Made by a program: the position numbers and the translations under genes. A stretch of DNA of 63,246 nt, filler included, from Sphacelaria rigidula (Eukaryota), in the NCBI GenBank assembly GCA_964200075.2. It is 9 parts of 9 records of this genome, joined end to end, with 100 filler letters (N's around TTAATTAATTAA, not from the genome) between each part and the next. Parts side by side here need not be neighbours in the genome. Positions count along the whole stretch, not along the records: positions 21,118 to 28,056 come from CAXNAA020017313.1; positions 28,157 to 35,094 come from CAXNAA020017314.1; positions 35,195 to 42,132 come from CAXNAA020017315.1; 6 more parts are not named here. One strand, written 5' to 3'. Shown piece after piece: positions 24,021 through 36,899 of this stretch. The notes beneath the pieces are model-generated. The model had not been told where the DNA came from and did not search any database. It was given only the letters and a program-made list of their open reading frames with translations. How positions within the stretch are numbered: position 1 is the stretch's first letter; the number at the start of each line of letters is the position of its first letter.

Positions 24021-24194
24021 CTAAATGACAAGAGAGAGAATTACCCCTCGCTCTGGAGATCCTTCGGCAGCAGGGTACGACAACGTTCTTCTTCGGGACC
24101 CGTAAGTCTACTGCCTCACCCCTAGCGAAGCCTAGTTCACCTCGGAACTGACTTTTTTCTCGACTTGACCAGTATCCGAGAAAACGAGCGATCT

Positions 24195-24362
24195 CTGAGA
24201 AAATCCATGTTTGGCCAAAAAACAAACTGCGGCCATCAGGAAACGCGAAGGCGTCCTGGAATCGTCCCAGCGAGTACAGCAAGGCATTCCAAGGTTTCAC
24301 AACCTGCCCAGCTCTCTTTTAGGGCGTGAAATGACGCAGAAGGTCCAAAAACGCAGTTTTCC
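24195..24362. repeat. Single arm of fold-back family A
   Basis: TTTGGCCAAAA...GGAAACGCGAAGG...CAGCGAGTACAGCAAGGCATTCCAAGG...GAAGGTCCAAAAACGCAGTTTT is homologous to 325-480. Confidence 0.7.
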
Positions 24363-24911
24363 AGGTTTACGTTGTTCATGTTTGCCATAACAAGCGGCCG
24401 GAATTCTTTCCCCCCCCATACATCACACGAAAAAACCTTCACGTGTCTTGTCCCCTTCCTGCTTCGCCGTCTGTGGCCACCATTTATCTCTTAGTATAGC
24501 GATTTTTTTCTATTGCCTGACGTACCAGACGATTTCATGCCGGATTCGCTGAGTTCTCACATTTCCCCCTCTGACACGTCCCGCTCTTGTACAGTTCACA
24601 TTGGGGGGGAGGGGGGGGCGTATTCATGAGGGAGGGGAGTGGTGTACTCATGATTTTGCATGCCGTAGTAATATGACCGTTAACCTCGCATCCCCACAAA
24701 GCCGGGACGGAGCACGCCGGGCTTTTGCCAGGCCAGACTCGTAATCGCCAAGCGCGAAGCGCAACCGCCGTGATATGCTAGGCGAGTCCCATGAGGGGTG
24801 ATGTGCATTCTGCTCAAATTCCCCCCCCGAAGCGTACTGACTATCTTGCACAGGGATGACAGCCTCGAATGAGTTGCTTCATTTTCTGGTATCAAGGGGG
24901 GGGAGGGGGGG

Positions 24912-25000
24912 GGCGTAATCATTTGTTGCTTGCCGTAGTCGTGTGAGCATTGACCACGCATCCCTTTCGAGACGGAGCACCGTTCCTACTCCTAATAGAG
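24912..25000 (-). repeat. High-copy dispersed repeat ending in an ATGAGTAC-like motif plus poly-C (family B)
   Basis: Core GTGCTCCGTCTCGAAAGGGATGCGTGGTCAATG...GGCAAGCAACAAATGA. Other copies or fragments near 1125, 7090, 19960, 24640, 36282, 60025 and 61568. Confidence 0.8.
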
Positions 25001-27101
25001 GGGGGGGGGGGGGGGAGGTAACTAGGGATAAGATATTGGCATGAAAAAAAACGGCACTGATCTCCGTGCCTCTCTCGGCCCGAGACGGCACGAACTCTTC
25101 GTTATGCAGCACGGTTTGTAAAGCCAAACGTGTTCAATGCCGCAGTTTCAACCTCGCAAACTCATCTTCGCATTTTTTTTGTGCGCCTTATTTACCCACG
25201 TCCTCACGTTTTAATGACGAAAACTGGATACTTCTCAAAAAAAAAACTCACATGCATTTGCTCGGTAATCAAACTCGCATTCTTCCAATATGAGTGATGC
25301 TACGGTAGGGGTGCACAAATATTTTTCTGAGCTTATAATTGTTAGGAGCCCTTTATCAAGTCCAAAACACGATTCATGATGTATGTGAGAATCCGCCAGG
25401 ATTACTAGTCCAATGTGCGAGGGATATCCCGAATGGATTTGCAAACGGGGATGTCCTGACCCATTTTCTTGTGCATCTAGAAATCGTCAGAAGCCCCTAA
25501 ACCAGACAAGATTTTGCGCAAAAAAGTGCACCATCAGACCACCTGGGCGCGCCGGCGTTTCGTTTCATTTTCTCGCGTATTGCAGGCTTACGTATTTTTG
25601 AAGCGGTTTTTGACGCTGGGAGTCAAGATCATCCCATCGCACAACGCCTTCAATAACACGTTCTACAGCAAGGATAGAGCGTGGCTGACGAAGGTGAGCA
25701 GTGCAGGATGACAATATTTTTTTTTGACATGGTACAAAATCCTAGGACAAACGGTTAATGCCTTGCTCATCCGGTTTATCTTTCGTTAACTAGCTGTTAT
25801 TAGTTCAAGTGTGTGTTGAGTGGTATATTTACTATATTCAAGTATTTCGAAAATTGTACTCCAAGTGTTCAAACCTTGGGTAGAGGATTGAGATCGTACT
25901 CAATAACACTCAGATATTCGGTGAAGCATTACGATCGTACCTAAGGCTACCCATTAGTTGGGTATAAGTTGGAGATAGGGCCATTGCAGCACAACTTCGG
26001 GCCAGTAAATACCCAGGTATTTACCCTACTAACACACCCTTGTATTCCTTTGCCCGGTCATTCACACAGGGAAGGTTCAATGGTTACATGTGCAGTCCTG
26101 GCTTTTGCCACGTGTATTTATTTGTATATACATGCGCTATTTTCTATGAAGAAAAGGTGTTGAAACTGGGTATGACCCTGTCGCTATACCGGGGCATTGG
26201 GGGAAGATGTTGCAATGGGGGTCAGAACCAACGAGCAACACAGATTGGAATGCCATCTCACGATGTTTATTACACTGTGATGGATCAGTAGATATGCGTT
26301 ATGGTCACACTATTAGTGTTCGGCATTCTGATGAGCCACCACGATCTTTTTTACAACACCCGGTCGAATCGTGCTTAATTGCACCAGAGGTGTGCTTTGA
26401 GCAGAATGGGTGTCCTCACGTGTTGAAATTCTGACACTGCAAGCTACTGGTGTGATGAATTGCAGTTTTATCGTTTTGGAGAAAAGTCATTTTTCTGCGG
26501 ATTTTTCCCACCTCGATATTCAGAAAACAAACGACAGTCACCCGACCACAACCCCCCCGAGAGCGTCGGTACATTTGTTTTCGCGGAGATAATTGGCTCG
26601 CACTCTGCACCTCGCGAGGCTATACCCCCCACCTCCCCCACCCTTCTGAACGGCGTAGATTGGGTTTTTATCGGTCATTTTCCAGTGGTTGGTCGGATTT
26701 TGTCCTTGAGCGTGCGTTCATACATACTACAGTACATGAATTCATGGTGCATTTTCACTCTCAAACGTTGTACGGATTTGTTCATCAGGTCTTACTCTTA
26801 TCAATCAAGCAGAATCCGAAACGTTTTTTTCAACTCCCTTTACTAAAGATCCCTGGTCTGTGCCGCGAGCCTTTTGAGGTCATCTCCTCGCTCCACTTTC
26901 CCCCTTCCCCTTCGTTCCCTCCCGGCAAACATGCTTCGCGTGACCCCGGTACGTCATTCGAAGGAGCGAAAGCGCGTTTTTGGGGTTTTGGAGACCGTTA
27001 GCTTGAAGCTCGATGAGGCAGACGCGGCGTGTGCTCGAGATGCGGCAGCAGCAAAAGGTGCGCTCCTGTGGTACTGCGGCATTCCCGAAGAGTTCGAGTG
27101 T

Positions 27102-27465
27102 TGTGTGTGTTTTCATCCCATCTATTCTGGGCGCCAGTTTACACCTTTCGGAATATGTGGGCGCATCAGCCGGGGTCACACAGGAGGAAGGGCCGGCCAA
27201 CCTAGGAGTTTTTGCTCTTTCATTTAGCTCTAGTACTCCACCTTCCTTCTGCAGTGCTCACCTTTTTTTTTTATCGTGAGAGGGGTTCAGCGGCCCCTTT
27301 TCACTCTCGTGGAGTCGAATTTTGGGTGCCCGCGACCTAGTCGCTCTCCACTCTTGGTTATGGTGTGAGAGGAAATCCCAGATCGTGTGACTTTACCGAG
27401 AATCGCACCCACAACCCAACCCCGAAGGCGTCGAGGTTACCGACTGAGCCACCGGGGCGACCGGC
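27102..27465 (-). mobile_element. tRNA-derived SINE, full length
   Basis: Reverse complement of the 19014 element: ends ...GACTGAGCCACCGGGGCGACCGGC, has the AGCCGGGGTCACACAGGAGGAAGG core, and a (TG)n tail. Confidence 0.9.
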
Positions 27466-27789
27466 CTAAGAGATGCCGAATTGAGGTGCGCCTGTTCTGC
27501 ATATTCGTCGTGTAACATTTTGATGAAGCCTATATTTGTACGTTTTCGAGAGCCCCCCTTTTTCTTTTCTTGTTGCCGTCGGCGTAGCTTTCGTGAGTGT
27601 GGATATCTAACGGAATGGACACTTTCGGATACCGATTCGTCTTGTTCACGTGGATCGAGGAGAAAAGCTTTCGACGAGAAAGTGAGAACGGCTACTCGGA
27701 ACGGTCTGGTCTGGTGGATGTTTTACTCCCACGAAAGCTCCGCTGAACGAAAAAATCGGGTCTCCGAAAGTGTCTATTCGATGGTTAAA

Positions 27790-27838
27790 TTGATTTGATT
27801 TGATTTGATTTGGTTTGGTTTGGTTTGGTTTGGTTTGA
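27790..27838. repeat. Compound pentanucleotide microsatellite (TTTGA)n(TTTGG)n
   Basis: Read directly from the sequence. Confidence 0.9.
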
Positions 27839-28454
27839 TGGATTGATTATCGCTTACTGTCTAGCCTGCTTCGGATCCAGCCGGCGTCAATAGGCAGACG
27901 TGCCCGAGGTAGATGAATGGAAGCACCTGCTAAAGGAGACTCAAAGAAGAAGGAAAGGTGACAAATAAGGGGGGGGGGGGGGGGGGGGGCACGGAGGAAT
28001 GACATGCCGCGAGGGGATGTCTGAGGGAAAAAAAAAAAGGAGGGGGGGGGTTGGTANNNNNNNNNNNNNNNNNNNNNNNNNNNNNNNNNNNNNNNNNNNN
28101 TTAATTAATTAANNNNNNNNNNNNNNNNNNNNNNNNNNNNNNNNNNNNNNNNNNNNCCAATTCGTTTCCGGTGATGAGATATTGCTCTGCCAGGTTAAAT
28201 CCGTTTCTGGGCTGGCCCAGCTCGTACACATAGACGGGCAAACTCTACTCTTGCGTACTACTGCACCTACGGGCGCAGGGATGTCGCGTCAGCTGCCATT
28301 CGCGCTGGCTCTCGTTTTCTCCCTCGGCCCGGGGTGCATTGTGTTCGGGTTGAGGGTGACTTTCAACCTGGGGCGCATAAAAACTTCGACTGCTCAACTT
28401 TCACCCAGATCTAAAACGCTTCGCACTGCCAGATGACGGTTTCAAGTTCGGTAC

Positions 28455-28632
28455 AGAGGGTAAGGTAGGTACCCAGTACCGGTATTTGGGACATCTGATA
28501 CCCTACCGATACCGACCCAATCCGGTATTTTGAAATCCCACACCTACGATACCTTCCTTACCACGGTATACCACGGTATGGGGTACCCCGGTAAATACCG
28601 GGGGTACGCTCGGTACAGTACCTTACCTACGG
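28455..28632. repeat. GGTAC/GTACC-rich small MITE-like repeat
   Basis: Dense GGTAC/ATACC motifs with loosely inverted ends (GGTAAGGTA ... TACCTTACC). Confidence 0.4.
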
Positions 28633-31349
28633 TGCCTGTGCTCGATAGCCACAGTACAGTCTGTGCCTACAACCTACACCGCTGCTGTACCAAAGCTTCA
28701 CGGCACACGTGTCGCACGCCATGGCGTTCCAATATGCAGTCGTCACGGCCAGTAACCATGGCAAGCATCAAACAGCCACGACACCAGCAGCAACCTAGCA
28801 GGAGGCAACGTGCCTCTACACCCAACACACCGTACCTTCCGCATGAACACACTTTTCTGCCTGACATTTTGTCACTAACAGCCTTGTCCTTGTCCGCAAA
28901 AATGATACCGCCCGCGCCCCACCGTACTTTGAACACAGGTGACGATCGAAACTCAATCGAAAGGCGATCGACCTGTGGCGCTCCGAGCTCGAACGGGGGT
29001 GCTGATGATGTAGCACGACAAAAGTCAGGCCGCAGTACAGTACAGTAGACGAGAGCCGAGAGAAACGTCCGACTTTTCTCGCAAAATCTGATTACTGCGG
29101 AATAATTTTTTGGGTGTTGCACTCATGTTTCGCTACTCGTCTTAACAAAGAAGACGCATATTATTGTGCATAGCAAAACGTAGCATATTCCACCACCAAA
29201 TCGGGTATGCATGATACTGATGGTACATAAGAAACAGCCGTATGTTACTGCGTCTTTCACTCGCATGAAGAGTAACAACACAAGAACCTGGCATATGGTT
29301 TCATGTTTCAGGCCTTCATAGTAATGGGTCCAGAACGCTCCGTCAGTCATGCGCATGCCGCAACAATCCATTATTTTCATGGGATCGTGAGGAGACGAGA
29401 TCCATGCCTGCTGCTGCTGTAGGGTACGCTTCCTCCGTCGATCGAATTGCAGTCTACAAGTCAAAGCCAACTAATAGTGTTCTACAGTGCCTGTTTGGTT
29501 TCCGCACTTCGTGTTCATCGTGGTCTGGCTTCTCCGGGGGGTTGAGTGCGACAGATGAGAGAAGAACAGTACCGCATTTTCACTCCGACTTTCCTTCCTC
29601 GATCAAGCCTAGCCCACGACTGTACCATTTGTGCTTTGGTGTTATACCGGAGAGGACTGGGATGGACAGCACCGAGAAAATGAAGTATTGTAGAACGCTG
29701 AAAGTTGGAAAGTTGTCACCATTCCCGCTGGTCCTGTGCTTGGAGCACAGCAAGTTTTTTTTGTGTTATACTCTGCATGCCTGCACCCGTGAGATACCAT
29801 CCAATTTTGATGTAATGATTCCGTAGTGATTCCAAGGGATCAAACTATCTCAACTACGAGTATGGCGAAAGTATATCTGCCTGCCTTGGACTTTGACCTT
29901 CTTGTGGAGGAGCATGGTTGTATCCTCACACCCTTGCGTGCGGGTTGTTGAGAAGCTCGTCTCTCTTCCTTCGGATTTGAATACCCCGGAACAATATTCA
30001 TGAATATTTTATATTTATTTTCTGTACGTACTGCACGTTGCACGTTACTGTTGTTGTCGAACTGATTAACTAATTTGAAATATATTCGATTAGTCATGAA
30101 GACGGCGCAGACATCCACATAGGTGTAGCCGGTAGACGTGCAAACTTCGTAAATCGTGAAGGAGGGACACGTGAAGACGAAAGGCTCGGGTGAAAAATGC
30201 AGAACACCCACGTGACACAGCAAGCTAGTGCTCTGCCGCCATCTTCCACATAGAGGGAAGATGAGGAAAGCGCCAACGGGCCGGTCGGGCCTCCTTCTGT
30301 GTACAGACGGTAGTCATGACCCTCGAAGCCCGAGAAGGGGACCGTGCGAGCAGGAGGGTGGGGAGAGCCCACATAAAACGTCCCACTGTACTGGTTCTGT
30401 CGGTGATGTTTCGAAGGCTAGATCATGTGCCACAAACTGGCGAGCGCAGGCAGCCCCCGTATCGCCCGGATACATGGCGTACCAGGGTACGGTAGGATGG
30501 GGCCGCAGAGAAAAAATCGGTCCTCGGATTTCATCACTAATCTCAGATCCAGATACAAATTTACATCATGGGGCTCTTTGACAGCATATCCCGGTGGATT
30601 CCAAGCTACAGTCAGTTTGGTACTATCCATCAGTATTCACTTGGTGTTCATGGCACTTGTGCCGTTAGTGCGTCACGCCCTATCGTCATCTGTATCATAG
30701 TACTCTATTTTTTTAAGCGAATTTATCCAGCATGTTCCCACTTCCCAGAGCAAACGAGCGGCTGGAGGGGGGAAAGGGAAGAGGAAGGCGGGGTTTGACC
30801 ACGGTAGGGTTACTCGAGGTTCCGTCATTCGAAGGGGCTCATTCCTGTTGTTCTTGCTCCTGTCTAACTGACCGTCCCCACAGAAGCCTTTCGAGCGAGG
30901 ACAAAACTTCGAGATACAGATTTTCATACTTTCACATTCTCACTTTTCACATTTTCAGATCTCCGTTTGGGAGAGGGGCGGGAGTAGGGGAAGGGGGGGT
31001 CGAGGGGACGAGGGAGGCGGAGGTGTATTCTGGTGCGCTGGATCTACTGCGCTGGCGCATTTGTGGCATTCCACACACGGAGGAACAAAGACACCATCGA
31101 ACCCAATAGACGACTCGATAGAAGACAGTAGCGCACAGTCAGTACAACATGAAGTACAGATACACAACAGTGAAAGCAACGAATATATAAAGTGACGCGT
31201 GTGAAAAACGGCTCGTTCAGTTTAAGACAGTAATACAGTCAATGCAACAGTGGTGCAGTGCAGCCAATGGACACGTTATACGTGATTCTAGTAGTACGTC
31301 GGTACACTCACGGCAGCAGCATCATCGAATCACGGCAATAGTATTAAAC

Positions 31350-31620
31350 ATCATTACTCGACGTGGTCATACAGATCCACATCTTCGCCATTTGCCACAG
31401 CTTGCCAAGAATAGTAAACACATCCTTCAAAGTTCCGAACTCTCAACAATCGATGGAGTTTCAACCATGTTGCACGTTACACACAGATTGGCAAATAAGA
31501 TACTTGGTATTGACTGTATCGTCTCGTCTGTGGTGTCCGCGATATCTGTCAAGGGGCCTCAAAATCATCCACATGAAATCCTAAAGCGGCCAACAGCCTA
31601 CATCACATGTACCCCTGGCC
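31350..31620 (-). pseudogene. Possible PIF/Harbinger-type DDE transposase relic
   Basis: Minus frame reads DVGCWPL*DFMWMILRP...CNVQHG...FGTLKDVFTILGK, resembling the DxGYPLxxWLxxP and HxxxRxxVERxFGxLKxxFxIL motifs. Stops and a frameshift are present. Confidence 0.35.
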
Positions 31621-34274
31621 GACCCTGAACGCCCTCGCAGCGTACCCATCAAGTTTGCAGGAGGGTGAAGGGGGGGGGGGAAGCGGAGTGGGGATTGGCT
31701 GCGTAGCAATCGAGACAACACTTTCAACCAGGACAACCATGAGCAAGCCAAGGCAATGATTGGGTACAATGCGTACCTGAAAAAGGCAACAGCTCCAGAA
31801 AAATATCAAGTCCTTCCGCTTTGCAGTTGACAGCCGGTGTTGTGGTGCACGGAAAAAATGGAAATTTAGTACTTTCGAAAGTAACAACCCCCAACTGTCT
31901 GTGCACCAACGTCAGCTATTCTCCACTCCGCCCGCCTTACCGCTCCTCTTACAGACGGGGTCCACGGTGCACCGCGGTACCCCTCCTTGAAAATCAGCAG
32001 CTGCTTTGTTGTTCGCCCAGCACACCCCCGCTAACCGCCCCGTTCTCTCCCCAGCTGATCAAAGGTCTCGGGTACAGAAGTCCTGTTACCAATCATCCGA
32101 CAGGATTGCAGTGATGGAAGATTGTACTGACTGCCGCCGCAACATACCGCGCTGTAATCGAATCCCTCATAACTTGACTCTCAGAAAATTGATGCACTCA
32201 TAAAAGACGCTGCTCATGACCACCATGTTGATCAGGTAGCTGTATCATTGGCAACAACTGGACGACACCAGTGAGGCGGAATTGCTCCTTTTAAACTCGG
32301 GAGCACCGAGTTTTGAAAAAATGATCTCAGCTGAGCGGGTGCGATCATGGGAAAATTGTGCAGCCAGACATCACACAGCTTTTCAAAAGGGAATTCAGCG
32401 GGCCAACACCATACCAACCTGGTGACTTTTCGCCATCTGTCTTTGTGTAGGGGGTAAAGTGGGACATGAGGTGACAGGGAGAATTTGTAACAGATTTTCT
32501 TCAGGACTGGCGCTCGGGGAGGTTCTTGCTATCGTGTGAGTTGGGTAAGCAGGGAGTTTTGAATTCCATACGCTGTTGGTGTGCTGTGAGATGTACTTTG
32601 CCCAAGTCTCGACCAATTGTACCTCATGTACCGAGTTTCCCTCGCTACATGTAGTTTGTACTCTCTCGTTGACCTTGCGCGAAACACACAGACATCAAAG
32701 TATTGAAACCGGAAGATGTGAAAATAGTACTGATTTTTAATATAAGGCCCACTCCCACACATTTACATCAAATTCAGCCAACCGAAAATAACGAAAACCT
32801 GAGACTGTCGTGTGCGCGTGCATAGACCAACATCGCAAGGTCGACACGATAACAGAAATCGAAGCAAGTCTTTCCCCCCACACCCTTCCATACCCTAGTC
32901 GGATTAAAACACGCTGAAATCATCACCTGGTTTGTTGTCTACCCGCCGGAGCTATATACAGCAGCAGCAGCAGCAGCAGCACCCAGCCGACATACACCCC
33001 TCACTCTATCCAGTCCCTCTCTTAGTGTAGATGGTGATTGCTTCAAACCAAAAATTGTTCTTTTGTGTGATGAACGTTGCAATTTTCAATTTTCTCCCCG
33101 TTGACTTTTCAAGTAAATTAACACGTTCTGATGAGGCGTTCATGGACTTAAAAAGGTATATTTGGACATACCCAACAGTATAGAATACCTCACGCAGTAG
33201 TGATGAAAGTTATTTTCCATTTGACGGCTGCGCGCGAGGGAAGTGGGATGTGGTGATGCATATGGATGTGCGTGTACAGTTTTCAAAGCAGCTGCCACTT
33301 GTAAATATTCGATCGATCCCATCTAGCTATTGAACGAGCCATCTGCGAGAAACTTGATGTAATCCAATCGACCATGATGATCGTCATCTTCAAGCGGGTG
33401 CAGATCGTGAAACTCGCGTAATACGTTGAATCTCCATGGCTAGTGTTTTGGTTGTAGTATCGACTGTTGATATTTGGCAATCTGGGTAGGAGTTTTCCGT
33501 GCGCGCGCGTCTGTGCGTTGCCTGCCTATCTCAAGTGCTATGATCTACGTTTTCCTTCCCTCGCTCTCTTTTCCCCTCTGCGAGAGAATTGCCCGCATGA
33601 GGCCTCCCCTGTCGCCTCATTTGCATGCTTCCAACCACACACGCGGAGATATTTTATCTCTGCGCTCTGCGTACCCACCTTCGTACCTGCACAGACTACA
33701 GCACATGCAAAACTACGATACTTTCAAGATCCCCTGTAAACGTGCTACACGGATATCTTGACTGGCTGTATCTACGGCCGCATTTGTGGTGTAGAATATC
33801 GTTCAGATACCAGATGTCCGAGAACAATATCGTGGTATGTTCACCAGCTATATGTACCGGCCCCAGCAGAGGCAGGTACAAGTAGAAGAGAACGGCAAAA
33901 AAAAAGAGGAAGAAATACGCCGGTTTGTCAGTGAACTGCCATGCATCTTTATTGGGTGGTACTGTACGTCATACTCAATCTTTATCGCTCCGCGGTATTC
34001 AATCTCTTCGTTCGAGGCGTCTTGCACAGCGCGAGGGCATGGACCAGGGTAAAGACCGCCATAACCATGCACCGGGGCCCAAGATGTATTTAATTGGTAC
34101 GAAGGCATACCGCAAAACGTTAACGTCTGGTTCTTGCAGTATTGTGAGTTGACTTCTGAGTGCCTTCAACATCATCGTATCGGCTGCGCGCTCACGTCTC
34201 GGCCGCTCACCTGTACAGCTTACATGATCAAATACGATTCTCTGTCGCTCTTATCAGTGCCGTACATACAGCAC

Positions 34275-34344
34275 GGAAGGCGTCCGCATCAGATGCCCAG
34301 TACGAATGTACCGCGCAGATATCGGAACGGTTTTTGATGTGGAG

Positions 34345-34380
<36 letters not shown>

Positions 34381-34406
34381 ACGACGACAACAACAGCAGC
34401 AGCAGC
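34275..34406 (+). mobile_element. 3' end of a non-LTR retroposon with a (CAA)n/(CAG)n tail
   Basis: Homologous to 14079-14184. Confidence 0.7.
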
Positions 34407-35028
34407 ATACAAAGTCTTAGCTAGCCAGGTTTGCTTTGATGTACCTCTTTGTCCTTGAAGTGTACTGCAAGAATAATTGTAGCAGATGCCCAGCAAAGCC
34501 TCTCACTCATCTTCCGCTTCCTCGTTGTCGGTGGTCATCGGACATTTAGCTGCCGTACCGTCCCAATTAATGGCGCCATTTCGCGGTACCTACTGATCCC
34601 CACCTGCTGAATGCCCTGATTCTCGCGGTGCAAGTTACACCAAGTTACATCAAGTTGCGTCTGGGGTATACGAGTACGTCATGAATCCCAAATTTTCCAG
34701 GTATCTTGACGAAATTTTACGACGAGTGATTGTCGTCGCGTCCGTGTTGACCCCCAATTCACCGGCAACGGTGAAGCTATACTCACTGTGCCACCATAGT
34801 TGATTACCGTCCGTGTCATTTGTCTTCGCGTGTGTGCGTGTTTCCCTTCACACTAGGCCTTCATTCTAGGCCTTAACACTCTACATAGATCATGGGTCGG
34901 ATGCGACAAGGCCGGCTTATTGGTCAAAGGGGAGGAAAGGGGCGGGGCGGAAGGGGAAGGGGGGGGGGGGGGGAAGGGGGGGCTTCACCTTTTTGTTGGT
35001 ATAGCTTTGTTCTCGCCCGTCCCCCTAC

Positions 35029-35066
<38 letters not shown>

Positions 35067-35669
35067 CCCACACAACCCCAACAACACAAAAGAANNNNNN
35101 NNNNNNNNNNNNNNNNNNNNNNNNNNNNNNNNNNNNNNTTAATTAATTAANNNNNNNNNNNNNNNNNNNNNNNNNNNNNNNNNNNNNNNNNNNNGTTGCT
35201 GCTTTCAGCGACGGTCTGACTCGAAATTTCGAGCTACAAATGGCCCAAAATACCCCCCCCTATCGTAAGATGACTCTTATCGTTTTGGCGTTTTCTGTGT
35301 GTCAAGCTCGTTGATCGATTATCGTCCAACGCACTCTGGGGGGGCTGTGACGAAAATACGCCGTTACGTTGAGTTGGTTGTGATGATAAAGATATTGACC
35401 GTTGATAGTGATGATCTGGATAATGACCGGGGGCACTAGGCTGATGCCCTGACGTGTCTAGGTGAGTGCCTTGGAAAGTCACTCCTGAATAACGAGAATG
35501 TTGTAGAGGCTGACTAGTGAAACTGAGGCCAGTGAGACTGGGGAGTCCCTCAACAGCAATGATCCAACAGTGCTTCCACTGGCTGGCGTCACAGGTCACC
35601 ACCTATCTACTAGTATAGTGGTCGTTTTGTCGCTACGGTATAATATATCAAACGGTCCGGTGTCAACTT

Positions 35670-36210
35670 CTTTTGCGTACCTCATTTCCCCCTCTAACAC
35701 ATCCCATTCCTCTTCGTATAGTTCACACTCTGCCACTATATGAGTTATACTCTCTATTGCTTTGCCACAAGGGCGTTTCTATGCATCCACTCCCTCGATC
35801 CTCCTCTCAACTACTGGTACACCTTTTTCTTTTTACTAGCAGGTCCAGGTCCCCCACCCGAGACCGCAGTTTCATTTTTTTCGCGGAGTTCATTGGGTCG
35901 CACAGATATGTTTTTATCCCTATCCCCTTTTCCAACCCCCCGTGTAACTTCACGTGGTTTTCCTCGTCTACCTCCCATCGTAGCATTTTTTCTTCCGTCA
36001 GTTCCGTCATGTCTCTTTTGTCTTGTATCCTCCGCTTTCGTCGTGGTTTCCTTTCCCTCGCATATCCTTCCACACTTTCTCGACTACATGATCCCACCTA
36101 ATTTCAGCCTGCCCTGCCGTCATTTTCTTCCCTACAGCCTCATCAACTATGGCTAACGATCTCTTTCTTGACAGTATTGACGCTGTATTGTGAGAAGATG
36201 ATTCCTTGAC
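35670..36210 (-). mobile_element. LINE ORF2 C-terminal relic (zinc-binding region)
   Basis: Translates as GIGIKTYLCDPMNSAKKMKLRSRVGDLDLLVKRKRCTSS...PCGKAIESITHIVAECELY, a degenerate CCHC-type motif typical of LINE ORF2 C-termini. Confidence 0.7.
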
Positions 36211-36899
36211 AGACACTTGTGGGATTTTGTTCCTTCTATGTGGTGGTTCTCACCTCACCCCCCCCCCCCCCCCCCCATAAGTTCCGTCTCGAAAGGGATG
36301 TGTGGTTGATGGTCAAACGATTCAGGCAAGCAACAACTCAGTACGCTCCCCCCTCCCCCCCTTCATGAACCTGTCGGAGGTTTTGTAGCAGTAAGTTGTC
36401 ACGCCGGCTTTCGGTTAAAACACTTCCTTTTCATTCATAAAGCTATATATCTTCTACGTGTTTTGGATCATATCAACAACAATCGCCGCAGAAGGTTTTC
36501 CGTGAGCTTCGAACTCTGCTTCGAAGGGTATCCACCAGTTTTTATCTGTTTGGTTCCCACAATTTTGGTGGGATCCGCGATTTGAACCCGGGAGAAAAAT
36601 AGATAAACAAGAGATAGACGCCAAGGAAACAAAACATAACTCCCCCCCTCTCCCCCGAGTTGGTCAGGATGTGGTAAAACAGACAAACCAGGTCTGTCAA
36701 AAGAGTAAAAAACGAATTAGAGACCGAGGGACAATGAAACAATATCCTCAGGGACCCACAGACAAACATCAAAGTTTTCCGGAAGACGGCAGACACACGA
36801 GCAAGTATACTGCTTGGTGGACTACGCGATATGTTCCTCCGACCGTCGATAGACGCAGAGGGAACTCTCGTAGTAACACAGCAAAACGTTCAGTTGCAT

